Translations under genes and position numbers: made by a program
In this document: piece after piece, positions 7,305 through 21,747 of the stretch
Position numbering within the stretch: position 1 is the first letter of the stretch
Layout of the letters: the number at the start of each line of letters is the position of its first letter
NCBI RefSeq assembly: GCF_963506605.1
Contig: NC_083288.1
Coordinates: forward strand, 42,222,001-42,286,000
Origin: Zootoca vivipara
Taxonomy: Eukaryota
DNA: 64,000 nucleotides
Direction of reading: 5' to 3'
The notes under the pieces: generated by a model
Database searches by the model: none
Seen by the model: only the letters and a program-made list of their open reading frames with translations
Told to the model about the DNA's origin: nothing

Positions 7305-10300
7305 ATGGTCATGATGGTGGTGTTACTGATCTTGAAATTGATGCTACTTCCTTGTGTAGTATGCAAGACTCACATTGCTAAATGCCATGTCCACAATCCA
7401 CACACTCCATTGCACCTGTATCACCAGGAAGGTAACCTCATCATTGGGACTATTGCATCTCATGGCATCCTCAACTACAATTCAATAGCCTTCACCCAGG
7501 AACCCCCACCAATATTACTTGAAGACCTTAAGTAAGGACTTAGTATTTTCAATATTGCATTTTGATTCCTTCTTTTCTCCCTTTTATACCATGGAAAATA
7601 AGTGGGATGATCACGTGTAGCGATACCTGCAAAGTTGTGCTGTCATCTGCAAATAATTTTCCATATCCCTCTAATTGGATTGGTTGTCTCCTTGGTCCCC
7701 CCCCCTTTCTTTTTAAGTAGAGCACATAAGAGGACTCAGATTCCTTTTAAGGAAATTCCAAGCAGATATTTGGAGGGCTGGTCCATCACAAAGATCCATT
7801 GCCTCTAGTACTCAAAAATGCTCTTATCCTTCATGGGTTTGTCTAATATAAATTAAGTAAGTTTTTGGCTATGACTATATCCCATGACACATAGTTATAA
7901 CGTGAGCCTTATGATGTAGTACAGGGGTCAGCAAGGTTTTACCTGCCTGGGCCAGTCAAGTCCCACAGAGATCTCTTTGTGGGCCGGATCACGTGTGCGC
8001 ATGCAATTTTGGTGTCTGGGCATGTGCAAACACGATTTCTGGTGCCACGGAAACGAGTCCCCACGCCACACTGGTTTAGCACAGCACGCAGGGACTCGCC
8101 GAGCAGGCGGCTCGGTTCAGGGGTGGCTCGTGGGCCGCTTAAATTGCCCCCATGGGCCGCAGGTTGCTGACCTCTGATGTAGTACAACATTTTTTTCCCC
8201 TCTGAATGTTCCACCTTTCAGCTCCATTGGATTGACCCTAGGTGTGGTATTACGAGAGAGGGAGAAATAGGTCTGTCCAATTTCTCCATATTGTACCTTA
8301 TCTTGGGATCCTCTATCATGCCATCCCTCTGATTTCATTATCTTCTACAACTTTGTTAAATTAATAGTGTTTTCATTACTCTTTTAAGAGTCTTTTAATT
8401 TTTATTGGTAAACTGCTATAGTGTGGAATAATAATTTTATGAATATAAATTTATGTCTCTCTGTGTTAAATAGCACCTCCAAAGGATTTCGAATCATATA
8501 GCATCTTTTAGTAAAACCAACTCTAAATAACTACCTTGCCAAGAAAGTATAAGATGTGTCTGTTTTTCACCTATCTAATCTTTGTGTTGACCAAAAGGAT
8601 TGCCTAGTATTCTTATATAAATACTATAATGAAGAGGATGATATAGAACATACTGGTAGTTGTGAAAGATTTAGGTAGTGTGACATATCCTTCTGATACA
8701 AAATGCAACTCTTTTTCTAGTGCAGTGCCTAAGAATTACCAGCACATCCTGGCCTTGCAATTTGCAGTGAAGGAGATCAACGGAAACCCTCAGCTCTTAC
8801 CCAATGTCACTTTAGGCTTCCACATCTATGACAGCTATTTCAATGCCAAATGGACTTATCATGCTACAATGTTGCTGATATCATCATTGGAGACATTTGT
8901 CCCCAACTACATCTGTGACATGAAGAAAAACCTTTTAGCCATCATTGGGGGGCTGGACTCCCAAACTTCTCTTCAAGTGGCAACAGTCTTGGATATCTAT
9001 AAAGTTCCACAGGTAGGATATTTCTCACTCTCTGTCCTGTATGGAAATTTACCATATCAATGTTGGATTATGTAGTTTCGAGAGAAAAAATGTGTACATC
9101 CCAAGTAACCAGAAAGACATATCTCAATCTCAGAAATAATTCAGTAATGAACAAGTAATGTGTGGTCCGTCTCACTTCATACTGTTATGAGTTTGGAGTG
9201 GTAGTGTCCAGACTCCCTTAAATCTCTGAATTCAGTAAAGGGTTAGAAATCAAGCAAACTATTAACTCCCTGAATCCAGTAAGTGTTGGAAATAACACAG
9301 GCCATCTTCTGCATCCCATAATAGCCGAGTCATTAACCTAACAAAAGGTAGGCAGTTGGGCCATCAGGTGATTCTGTGTCTGTCAGCTACATTGGGTGAA
9401 GCCTCTCCCTAAGATAAAAAGGCCAGTGGTATTTTTTGGTATTGCGATTGGTAGTGTTGTGACCTAACAAAGCTGAGGCACTCTGCAGTAAGTAGTCAGA
9501 GAGCATGGCTGCTTGCAGTTTTCGATCCAAGGCTGCTGCACCTATGGGAGAAGCAGGAGACCCTCTTGGAGTGTAGTGCTATAGACCCCTTCACCGTAGG
9601 CTCGGATTGTATATATGTGTATATAAACCATATATCATAAAGACATCTCAGTGTCCACCTCATTCCAAAAAGGAAACACGAATCCCACGTAAGCACGTGG
9701 ACCCCTTAAATCTCACACCACTCAAACATCGGGGAGGTGTGTAACAATACTTTTGCCTGAACACATGTAAACATGGAGGGTGAGGGGGAAATGGTAGGCA
9801 CAGCAGCAAAACAAATAACTTTCATTGGTTTTCAATGTTTCTGGTGGTAGCTGCCATCCCCTCCCTCCCTTCTTGGCACTATCCCCTGCCTCTTCATTTG
9901 AGGCATTTTGAATGTGGTGGAGCTATAGAAAATTGCCGCCTACCCCTTAAATTAAACAGTTGTGGGATTGGGATAAAATATGAGAGAATTTTGGGAACTT
10001 CTCGTCTCCTGATAACTTTTGCCTCTGCTGCAAGATATATATGCATTATCTTCCTATAGTTAAGGTTCTAAAGAGGGGGCATTTTGATCCAAATGGTGTC
10101 CAGTGTGGTTGCAGTTCTTTCCTAAACAATGACTCTATTGGAAGTTCTTAAAAATGCCATTGTTCCCTCTGTCCATTCCATGAAAACCTAGCAGTTATAT
10201 ACATTATAGCATTGTTGTAAGGACTGTTGATATAACATGTTTCAAGTGCACTAAGTAATTAAAACTGGTCCATTTAAATGGCCATTGTATATGCCACTTT

Positions 10301-11412
10301 CTTCCATCCCCATATTTCTCTTTAGCTCGTATATGGCTCTGCACCGCTGAGGAATGATAAAACCCCAGGATTTTCATTCTATCAGATGGTCCCCAAGGAA
10401 GGCCTCCAGTATCAGGGAATTCTCTACTTCCTTCTGCATTTCAGGTGGACATGGGTTGGGACCCTTACCTTCAACGATGAATATGGAGATAGATTTATAC
10501 AAACTGTGGTTCCACTTTTCTCCCAGTGGGGTATCTGTTTTGCCTTCACAGAGAGAACTCAGAAAATCAGTTTTGTCTCAGAATATAATGATTTGTTTAA
10601 CAAGGGGGCAAAAATTCATGATAATATAATGAATAGCAAAGCAAATGCAGTTGTTGTCCATGGGGAATCGTATGCTATGACATTTTTCAGATGGTTGCCA
10701 TACCTATCAGAAGGAGAGCAAATGTCAAGTAAACCAAAGGGTAAGGTGTGGATTATGACTGCCCAGATGGAGCTCACTTCATTTCCCTATCAAAGGACTT
10801 GGGACACAGAAATACTCCATGGGGTTCTCTCATTCACAACTCATTCTAACGATCCACCAGGATTTCAGCAATTTCTTGAGAGCAAAAATCCTTCTAACTC
10901 AAGAGGAGATGGCTTTATTGTGGAGTTCTGGCAGCACGCATTTGGTTGTGTATTCAGAAATCACGTTGCTGGCAACGTGGAGGGAGATAACTGCACTGGA
11001 GAAGAGAAGCTGGAGAATCTTCCTGGTCCTTTCTTTGAAATGAGCATGACCAGCCACAGCTACAACATCTACAATGCTGCCTATGCTGTGGCTCAAGCTT
11101 TCCATGTCATGTCTACATCCCGAGTCAAACATAGACCAATGGTAACCAGCGGAGGACTGAAGCTTCAGCATCAACATTTGTGGCAGGTAATGAGCCGAAC
11201 ATCTCCATTTAACTGTTTGCCTCTTCACTGTGTACCACTGAAGAAGGAACCCTTGAAAACTGAATAAATACCAGAAGCCCACAATTGGTATTCATTTTCT
11301 GATCAGGGCAACTTTAGAGTATAAATGCAATAGCACCTTTGGCTGGATGGACAATATTAAGATCAAAATATGTTAGAGCTTGGGAGTTTCTGGAAACAGT
11401 TGTGTCTAATAA

Positions 11413-11452
<40 letters not shown>

Positions 11453-13189
11453 AACAGTTTATGTCTAATAAAAAATAGAATAGACCTATTTCCCCTTGCT
11501 AAATTGACCTTGTGAAGCAACCTAACTTTTAAAAAAATGAGGATAAGGAAAAATTGGATGGAAGCATACATATTGACTTTGCATCAACTGACCGATGAGG
11601 AAGCTTCTATAGCAAAGGTGTCAATGGACCTTATAGTATGAGTTACACAGGCAGCGACCATTTTGTGTGCATTCATTTGGCACATGAACCCTGACTTGCA
11701 GGTCATTTTGGACCTGAAAAAGGGTGGAACAGGAAGAGGAATGGGGTGGAGCAGGGAAGAACAGTGGAAGACTGGGACTTATGTGTGCTCTGCTGACACA
11801 CACAATGATCCAGAGCACATTCCCCCACACAAAGAGGGAACTGCCTGTACAACAGAAAATAATATTTATAATTTATTGGACTCACTAACATTTGTAAAAT
11901 GTTTATCTAAGACTTCATGTTGTTGGAGATGTAGTAAGGGTAATTCTTCTTTAAAACACATGTTTTTACAATGTTGTATACTTACTAAGTTTTGGAAGAA
12001 AGTAGTGGGTTATATAAATATGACTGTGAAGGAAAGTTTAAAAATTTCAGAGGAAAATGTTCTTTTGAATTACATATTCATCATATAGAATTTGACAACT
12101 AGACAACATAAATACATTCTTTGTGTCCTTACTATGGCCAAAAGACTGACACTGCTGCAGTGGAAAGATAAACGTCTGGCTCTTTTTAATTAATGGATTG
12201 AAGATATGACTACATTTACAACAGATTACTTAAAGACATAGGCATGGACAAATATAATGATATTTGGAACATATTTGTACAAAATATAGTAGGTTAAAAA
12301 TAAACATATATGTATTTGGATAATAATAATACCCATGTATTAGATAAGTATGTATAGAATTGTAATTATTAACTCTTATAATGATATAATGAAATATATA
12401 TATATATATATTGCAAAATCTTTATGCATTTTTTGAAAACAGCTTTGACAAATTTCCCCAAGCAGTTTACCATATGTATATAATATAAGTTCCTTTCACA
12501 GATGTATAGATTTTATGGACACTTCCCCCTAATATATGCATTTATATACACATTGTTCGATTTGAGAACTGCACTGCAAAATTCAGAGACGTATGGATTT
12601 GAAAGCATAATTGTATTTCAGTTCACATATTTGTTCAAAAAGTCTGAATTGAGTATTAAAATGCAGACAAAATTGTATTTCGCCTCCATCACTACTCCTT
12701 GGAATTCTAAGAAAAGTTTGTTTTATTCCTTGCAGATACTGTGCAACAGGCATACCCAAACTGCGGCCCTCCAGATGTTTTGGCCTACAACTCCCATGAT
12801 CCCTAGCTAAGAGGACCAGTGGTCAGGGAAGATGGGAATTGTAGTCCAAAACATCTGGAGGACCGAAGTTTGGGGATGCCTGCTGTATAACATTGTCCTC
12901 TTTGTGTGTGTGTGTTCTCTGTACTCCTCCCTAACAAGAGAGTCTCTCAGCATTCTGAGGCTGCTAAATGCTCTCAGTCCTCATTGGGATGTCTGGGGGC
13001 TTGTGCCCTCCTCAGGGTTTCTTTCCCCAAAGTCTTACTTTGCACCTCTGTAAACTTTGAGGTTCCTCCAAGCCTGTTCATGCCTCCCTCTTACATTAAA
13101 TGATCATGTTGTTTTGGTAAAAGACTGAATAAAATTTACCTCTGAACTTGGCATATAGAAGGAATGATACAGAAACCCACCACACACAG

Positions 13190-13242
<53 letters not shown>

Positions 13243-15536
13243 CCATGAAATCCACAGAGCCACCACTTTCATTAACTTTCCAATGGTTTACAGTTGTCTG
13301 TTAATTTCTGAAACAGACTGCCATGATTCTTGAAAATCTGCAATTGAAAATAAACTTCAAAAGGTGAGAAGAAAGAAAATTGCTTCCATCCAGAATGGAT
13401 ATTTAAAGAGTTCAACCTGAAAGATGCAAGACTTCATTATCCCTTCCTGAATTTCAGCCTTTATTAAATTCTTGCCATTTTCTTTTCAATATAGCTCCAC
13501 CGTTTCCTGAGGGGTATCTCGTTTAACAATAGTGCTGGGGACATGGTTTCCTTTGACCAGAATGGGGAAATAGCAGCCGGATTTGATGTCAACAACTGGG
13601 TTGTTTTTTCAAACCAATCCTTTAAAAGAGTGAAAGTTGGGAATATGGACCCCCAGGCTCCTCCAGACCAAGCATTCACTATCAACGAGAATGCCATAAC
13701 ATGGCATAACTGGTTTAACCAGGTAGGATGTAACTGTCAGCTATTCGTTAAGATTCCAATTTTGAATGTGTATAATCATAGCTGCCAAGTCTCCCGTTTT
13801 TCGCGGGAAACCCCCGTATTTAAACCCGTTTCCCGCTGTTGTAAAATGTTGTAAAAGGTGTTTTTTTAAAAAAGTTTTTTTTAGTTTTTTTTAAAATCAG
13901 TACAAACACCAAACTAAAAAGACATGTACCGGTACAACAACAAACCATAATAACACAAATTTAGGGAAGTTTAGGGAAGCTTATAATGTTTAATAGACTT
14001 AACAGTCCAGGGGTACTTTACCTTTTTACCTTTACCTATTTTGTGATATTGATTCGAGCATATACCAGTAATTTCAGGTTTGCACTATTAGATTGTCCCT
14101 ATCAGCCTAGAACAACAAACCCACTTATACCAAAATGAACTTTAGTTGTTGGGAAAGGGATGGAGAAGTGCATGGGAAAATGGGCTGAATGAATAATGGG
14201 AAGACAATCACGTATAAGCAAAGCAGAAAGAATGCTTAACAAACAGGTCATCTGAGGGGTTTTTTATGTAGTAAAACACAAAACCTACTAAAAGTACTGA
14301 GTTTTGTTCTTCCTTTATTATTCTGTATTATTCTGAGAATTATATATTTTTTCCTCTTTCACTTCAAATTAGACACAGCCTAACTCTGTATGTACTGATA
14401 GTTGCCTTCCTGGTTCTAGCAAGAAAGTGAAACAAGGAGAGCCATTTTGCTGCTATGACTGCACACCTTGTCCACAAGGGAAGATTTCAGACGAGGAGGG
14501 TAAGAAATATATGGTACAGATTTATATCTGGTTCCCTGAAACTGAGAGCAAGATATGTTGAAAGAAGGAAACAAGAGTTAGTTTGGTGATGAGATTAATA
14601 CATTGAGAATAATACAAAATATTTTCTTTCTCAGACATGAATGACTGTTATGAGTGTGAAGATGAAAAGTATCCAAACAAACATAAGACTATATGTATTC
14701 CCAAGCGTGCAACTTTCTTGTCCTATGAAGAACCTTTGGGAATCAGTTTAGCCTCTTTTGCTTTTTCCTTTGCTTTCATTACAGCACTGGTGCTGGAAAT
14801 ATTTGTGAAGCACAGGGACACTCCCATTGTGAAAGCCAACAACCGGGACCTCACCTACACTCTGCTCATCTCCCTTTTGCTTTGCTTCCTTTCTGCATTA
14901 CTGTTCATTGGACATCCTGACAAGGTGTCGTGTCTCCTCCGACAAACTGCTTTTGGCATCATCTTCTCAGTGGCCGTTTCTTGTGTCCTGGCAAAAACCA
15001 TCACTGTGGTTCTGGCTTTCATGGCCACAAAACCAGGATCCAGAATGAGGAAGTGGGTGGGGAAAGGACTGGCAAACTCTATTGTCCTCTCCTGCTCCCT
15101 TATCCAGGTAGTCATCTGCACTCTATGGCTGATGATCTCTCCTCCATTCCCTAATGCTGACATGAAGTCAGTGGCTGAAGAAATTGTACTGGAGTGCAAT
15201 GAAGGATCTGTCATGATGTTTTACTGTGTTTTGGGTTACATGGGCTTTCTAGCTCTTGTGAGTTTCACTGTGGCTTTCCTCGCCAGAAGATTGCCTGATA
15301 GTTTTAACGAAACCAAGTTTATCACATTCAGCATGTTGCTCTTTTGTAGTGTTTGGCTTTCCTTTGTCCCAACCTACTTGAGCACAAAGGGAAAATACAT
15401 GGTCTCTGTGGAGATCTTCTCTATCTTAGCCTCCAGTGCTGGGTTGTTGGGTTGCATCTTTTCTCCCAAATGTTACATTATTTTGTTGAGACCTGAACTG
15501 AATGATAGGGATCTGTTAATTAGAAGGAAGTCTTGA
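7305..15536 (+). CDS. Vmn2r: Vomeronasal type-2 receptor gene 1 (intact, about 878 aa)
   Basis: Exons 7305-7531, 8721-9012, 10326-11186, 13495-13722, 14373-14499, 14635-15536, all GT-AG with consistent phase; signal peptide, VFT ([15 protein letters not shown]), cysteine-rich domain (CCYDC..C), 7TM (KANNRDL, FITFSML, PKCYIIL). Confidence 0.93.
7922..8176. mobile_element. hAT-type MITE
   Basis: TIRs CAGGGGTCAGCAA / TTGCTGACCTCTG; perfect 8-bp TSD ATGTAGTA. Confidence 0.85.
9183..9746 (+). mobile_element. Solo LTR
   Basis: TGTTA...TAACA termini; 4-bp TSD ATAC; related to 21029-21557. Confidence 0.75.
11410..11453. repeat. (AAAT)n microsatellite
   Basis: Direct inspection. Confidence 0.9.
11855..12300 (+). 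mobile_element. Degenerate L1-clade ORF2 3' fragment
   Basis: CWRC..HMFLQC..FWKKV zinc-knuckle region; similar to 43500-43850. Confidence 0.65.
12747..12882. mobile_element. hAT-type MITE (136 bp, near-palindromic)
   Basis: CAGGCAT...ATGCCTG TIRs; imperfect 8-bp TSD CTGTGCAA/CTGTATAA; near-identical to 22615-22750. Confidence 0.8.
13179..13241. repeat. Compound (AC)/(AG)/(ACAG)n microsatellite
   Basis: Direct inspection. Confidence 0.85.
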
Positions 15537-17886
15537 AGAATGCACCATATTATCTATTTTCTATATTGTATAGGATGGGAATCTGTGTCCAACCGTCACA
15601 TTGTCTAAATGAGGAATCTGGGGGGGGGGTGTCATTGTATGAGACCACACCCGCTGATCAAATTTGCTGATCATGTTGGAACAGCAAGAAAAGGAACTGA
15701 GGAGGGATTATCAATGAAAAACAGAGGAAGATCTGGGGAGCCAATTAGAAAGAGACACCTAAAGTGAGTTGGAGATAGGGTTAGAGGAGTCCAGCACAAC
15801 TATCACTGTTTGAAGTTCAAGGTCAGGATACTTGAATGAACTCCACAATAACACCTTCATGCATGGAAGTAGGATCGCTCTTGGAGAGCGCTGGGGTCAC
15901 ATTATAATACATCTAATGAAATAAAATTCCTATACAGGGATTTGCTACCTTCAAATATTACTGCTTCTAATTGTATAAAATTATCCATCATACATGAACA
16001 GCTCATATTCTGCTATTATTGTGTATTTTAGTATTTTATATATTATTATGAATTTAGGCTGGGATGGGGAGAAGTAGGCTGCACATGAGATCCTTATAAC
16101 TCCTGGGTTATAAGCCTGATTTTGAGTGGAGAGATTGCAGTAAGCTTTATTTTACTTTGTCTTAAAACAGCAGTGTTTGATGTCTGTTTAAATCCACCTT
16201 TAGGGGTGTTAATGCTATGACCCCCTCCATCATAGGCTCAGGTCGTATATATGTGCAAATAAACCATATATCTTTAAAAGCCACAGTTTGTGCTGTGCCT
16301 CATTCAAAAAAAGAAAAGAAAAGACAAAGCGTGGCTGAGAGCCTGAAGCCCCGGGAATCTCACACCACTTAGAGATTTGGGTGGAGTGCAAGAATAAGTT
16401 TGTCTGCCCTTAAATTATATTCCCATTTGTAAAGCACAAAGAAAGGGAAAGGGAAAAATAAAAATGTATTTCTGGCACAAATGTTAAAATTTTGGCAAGG
16501 AAAGTAAGATGCAGGAATAACAAGAGATAATATTGAGCACTGCAGACGAATTACAAATGTCTTTCCCTGTTGGCGGAGACATTACAAATGCCTCATTTTA
16601 GTTTCTCCAGCATAAAATTTGGTGCTTTTCTCCCATCCGTTGGCAAGACATGGAGACCAACTCATGCAATTGTTGTTCTTTCATGTGAACTTTGAATGCA
16701 ATGTAAGTAGTCCAACGCTCCCCCTCTCTGTAGGTTTCTTCTTTCCAGGTCAGAATTTCCAGAGGCCAGTGCTGTGGTCAAACATGTTCATTTCCTCCCT
16801 CTCTTGAGACCAAAGGGCTGTTTTTCCAGTATTTTTTCCTCCTTGTTTATTATTGTAAGCCAAAATCGTATGCAGCTAAGAGGATATGAAAACACAATTG
16901 CACAATTGACTATCTTCCCTTTAATTATCAAAAGAACTGTAATTAAAGTTCCCCCTTGTCTAACCACCTCATGGACTTGCACAGTACATTATCCAAGCTA
17001 ATGAGAAAGTCTGTGAAAGGTACTATAATTGAGCCTTTCAAAGCCTGGTGCCCTTGGACTGTATTGGATCACAAACCCATCAAGTGCAGTCAGCTTTGAA
17101 TGCTGTGAATTGTAGTCCAAAACATCAGAGGGATACAAGGTTGGAGGAGCCTGATAAAAATATATCACCTCTAGCAATCACAGCTAGACTTGGGAATCAA
17201 GCATCCATCAGTGTCATCACTATCCCCCCCCCCCTCGTTTTCACAGTCTGGATTTCAGATATATGAGCAGACTAAAAGGCCAACTAGGTCAGACTACTTC
17301 AGTCTCATAAGCTGTAATAGTACTGGGGACATGGGGGGAAAGGGGCCAAGGATGGCAGCATTGTTGCTTTTGCTTCTGATTCTACTTCCTCGTGCAATAT
17401 GCAAAACTCCCATTGTTAAATGTCACATCCATGATCCACACACTCCACTTCATCAGTATCATCAGAAAGGAGACCTCATCCTTGGTGGCTTAGCCTCTCA
17501 CAGCATCATCGTCTCCAGTTCAATAGCCTTCAGCGAAAAACCGCCACCAACGTTGCTTGAAGAGCTAAAGTAAGAACTGGATAATTTCTCTTTTTCATTT
17601 TGATTCCTTCTTTGGACAATGGAGCAATCAGTTTTAGAGAAGGGATGGCTAAACTGTGGTCCTGCAATGGTTGTTCGACTCCATCAGTTGCAGCCATCAA
17701 TTTCCATCAATAATAATTAGAGGCATTAAAATTTTATATCAAGGATATTTTAAAGTCTCTGTTCCCTTAACATAGAATTTCCCTCTATATTCCTTTTCTA
17801 CCATTGTAGGCAAGAAGGAGGATCACTTGTAGTGATAGCTGTTCAAGATAATTCAAATAATTACAGTAAGAAATAATACTAATGAG

Positions 17887-18038
17887 CAATGCTTTTTTCC
17901 GTAAAACATGTTTAGGGGTACCCTCATTGCTACTCATATTGAAATACTGCCCCTAAATGAGACCAAACTTAGATTCACAAAATGTTGTGGGGGTATGTGT
18001 ACCCCTGTGTGTGTCCCCCCCCCCAAAAAAAAGCACTG
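17887..18038. mobile_element. hAT-type MITE
   Basis: CAATGCTTTTTT...AAAAAAGCACTG TIRs; perfect 8-bp TSD CTAATGAG. Confidence 0.8.
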
Positions 18039-19949
18039 CTAATGAGGATGATGTAGAACTGAGTTGTGATAACTTTGCAAAGAGTTACATGCCTTTGTAA
18101 CTCTTTTTAGTGTGGTGCCAAAGAATTACCAGCACATCCTACCCTTGCAATTTGCAGTGAAGGAGATCAACGAAAACCCTCAGCTCTTACCCAATGTCAC
18201 TTTAGGCTTCCGCATCTATGACAGCTATTTCAATGCCAAATGGACCTCTCATGCCACAATGTTACTCATATCCACTCTGAAAACATTTGTCCCCAACTAC
18301 ATCTGTGACATCAAGAAAGGCTTGATAGCCATCATTGGGGGACTGGACCCCCAAACTTCCCTTCATGTGGCAACAATCTTGGATATATATAAGGTTCCAC
18401 AGGTGAGGGGTGTGTGTGTGTGTGTGTGTGTCCAGTAATGGGAACTTAACACATCCGGATTTGGATAAATAAATGTGCACATTTCAAATAATCCGGTGGG
18501 CCATGGTAATTATTGGAAGATCCAAGCTGAAAAATAAAGTCTTGATAGATAAATTATTGCTGTGGATGTCTCTCTTGGCCTAGTCATTACCTGATATATG
18601 ATAACAGCTGATTGGCAGGTGAGTGTCACTTGGCTTAGCAAAAATAGAATGGGCAGCCCAAATGGCAAGGATTGGAAAGCCCAATTGCAAATTGCCCCAA
18701 AGTTGTTCATAATACACAAATCTAATATTTAAAAGTTTTGTTGCTTCTGTCTCTTTCCCCTCCTACCACAACTATGGTTAGCTCATATATGGCCCTGCTC
18801 CAATGATGAATAATAAAAACCCCAGGCCTTTTCTTCTACCAGATGGCACCCAAGGAAACCCGCCAGTATAAGGGGATCCTGTCTTTGCTTCTGCATTTCA
18901 GGTGGATATGGATTGGGATCCTTACTTTCTCTGATGAGAATGCAGAAAGATTTGTGGTTCCCCTATTTTCCCAGAGTGGCATCTGTTTTGCCTTCATAGA
19001 AAGAAGTGACAAACTTACTTATGTCACTGAAATTAACAATTTGTTTAATCAATTAGCAAAAATACATGACAAAGTAATTGATAGCAAAGCTAATGTAGTC
19101 TTGTTTTATGGAGAATCATACACTCTGGAATATTTTAGATGGTTGCCTTACCTATCAGAACTGGAACAAAGTTCAAATAAGCCAAAAGGTAAAGTGTGGA
19201 TTATGACAGCCCAGGTGGAGCTCACTTCTTTTGTCTATCAACGGACCTGGGATACAGAAATACTCCATGGGGTTCTCTCATTCACAACTCACTCGAATGA
19301 TCCACCAGGATTTTGTCAATTTGTCCAGAGCAAAACCCCTTCCAGTCCAAAAGGAGATGGGTTTATTTTGGACTTCTGGCAACAGGCATTTGGCTGTGTG
19401 TTTCCAAATCGAGTTGTTGGCAGTGTGAGGGGAGATATTTGCACTGGGCAAGAGAAGCTGGAAAATCTGCCTGGTCCTTACTTTGAAATGAGAATGACCA
19501 GCCACAGCTATAACATCTACAATGCTGTTTATGCTGTGGCCCATGCTTTACATGCCATGTTTACATCCCGAGTCAAACAGAGACCAGTAATGATCAGTGG
19601 AGGAATGAAGTTTCAGAATCAACCACTGTGGCAGGTAATGGGCTGAACACCCTTCCTGAAAGAGGTTCAAAACATGTTCTGTTTGCCGTTTCGATCTATC
19701 CCTTTGGTAACTGTCACTTTCCCTTTGGTAACTGTCACTTTTCCTATGCAACCACAGCAGGGGCAGCAATGAGGGTGCAGCAATGCTCTTGAAACCAAGT
19801 TGAAACTTAAAGGAAGTGAATACAGAAGTAAAATTTGTGTGGAAAATAAGACGGATATATGTAAATTACATAGGATATGATTGGAATATCTTTTCTTTTC
19901 TTTTTTTCTTTCTTTTTCTTTTTATATTTCATCATTTGAATGTGAATAA

Positions 19950-20131
19950 TTTTGTCTTGCGAATCACTGTTTCCCATAGGAATGCATTGAAATTTAATTA
20001 ATGCGTTCCTATGGGCAAAAAAAGAAATTTCAATGCATTCCTATGGGAAACCGCGATTCGCAAGACGAATTTTTCGCAAAACAAAGTGACTCGCGGAACA
20101 AATTAAATTCGTCTTACGTGGCACCACTGTA
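19950..20131. mobile_element. Tc1/mariner (Tigger-like) non-autonomous element end
   Basis: Ends GGCACCACTG-TA; internal inverted repeats CCCATAGGAATGCATT / AATGCATTCCTATGGG. Confidence 0.55.
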
Positions 20132-20417
20132 CCAACCTCTTAGATGACCATGGGGCTGATTCCCCATTTATCTCTGAAGTTGGAGTATCAAAGGAATAAT
20201 ATATCACATAGCATAGCATATAAAGTCTATAGAGAGCAAAGTGATATATTTTAGACAACGAAATGAACAGAGCACCCACTTTCTGTTAATAAAGTTTTTA
20301 TGTCTGTGTGTGCATTTGCTGCTGTAGATCTTTAAAATCTGTTATTTTTCCATTACAAATGTACATTTCAAAATGTAACTTCAAAATGTGAGAAAGGCTT
20401 GGCTTTAATAATATATA

Positions 20418-20452
<35 letters not shown>

Positions 20453-21028
20453 CTTTCCTCCAAGGTGGATATTTGGAAACCTGCCATGAATATGATTATC
20501 CTGATTGTCCCTTGCTGAATTGAAGCCTTTTCTATACTTTCTCTTTCCTTTTCGATCTAGCTCCATCATTTTCTGAGGGGTATCTCATTTAACAACAGCG
20601 CTGGGGATAAGGTTTCCTTGGACCAGAATAGGGAGATACTAGCTGGATTTGATATTACCAATTGGATCGTTTCCTCCAACCAATCCTTTCAGAGAGTGAA
20701 GGTAGGCAGGGTGGATTCCCTGGCTCCTCCACAGCAAGCATTGACCATCAATGAGGGAGCCATAAAATGGCACATTTGGTTTAACCAGGTACAATGCAAC
20801 CATCAGCCCTTTGTAACGCTGAAGACTTTAACATAACATACAAAGATAATTTCATTGTACATTGTTTAGCCTTCATAAAATTGAATTAAAGATAGCACAA
20901 ATTGTGAATTAGTGTTATAAGCTTCATGTACAGCCTCTGTACTAGTTCCTGTTACATTGAAAATGAATATATGAATTGACAATTTGAAGATGTGAATTCT
21001 AAATAGATTTTGATGATATTGAATATAT

Positions 21029-21557
21029 TGTTATGAGTTTGGCTGTTCAGTCTGGATTCAACCCTGGTCCCCCTTCCAATCCTTGTATCCTACATCAGTG
21101 AGGGGAGAGCGCATAAAGGGTAGCTTGCTGAACTGGTTCCTTTGTAAAGGTAATGGCTTTGACTGGCCAGTTAAGTACTTCGATTTAGCATAACCAAAAA
21201 TGATGTTGTGTTCAATGGAAAAAATGGTTGGGCCTCTCTCCCACCTCCCACTCCTAGCTGCTGCAGAGGTGTAAGTGTGTTTGAGGTGGAAGAAGACCAG
21301 AAGCTGAAGACACAGATACATGCTTCCTCTATGCTGGACTTTGAAGTTCTGTAGGAAACCAAAATGGAATGCAAGATTTTGGGGGTGTCAGTACTGTGAG
21401 CCCCTCTCACCTGTGCTCAAGTTGTATATGTGTTTAAATTAAGCTATATATGCTAAAGACTCTGTGGTCTCCACTGACCTTCATTAAAGGAAATCAAACC
21501 CCTGGATAAACCACCCCAGATTTTCTCACTGCTCAGAGTCTGGTGTGGTGTATGACA
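21029..21557 (+). mobile_element. Solo LTR
   Basis: TGTTAT...ATGACA termini; 4-bp TSD ATAT; truncated copies at the paralogous intron sites near 38348, 51027 and 62616. Confidence 0.75.
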
Positions 21558-21747
21558 ATATAAAGTCAAACTGCACCCAAAGGGCAAACCAAGATAGTAT
21601 CTGAAATATGTGGGCTGCCACACATCTGTGCCTATATTCCAAATTTATGACAATTATTTGATAAGGAAGAAACATGAAGTGACATCAACTTTTACATAAG
21701 CCCCGTAAAAAGAGCCTAATCTATATAACCTCTGGTAGTTATATTCC

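Noticed and set aside
14855-15214. Recurrent antisense and alternative-frame ORFs over V2R exons 3 and 6 in all paralogs
   Set aside because: Shadow ORFs repeated only because the sense exons are near-identical; no independent coding evidence.
14637-15536. Stand-alone 299-aa 7TM genes starting MNDCYEC
   Set aside because: Each ATG is 2 nt after a splice acceptor; these are exon 6 of multi-exon V2Rs.
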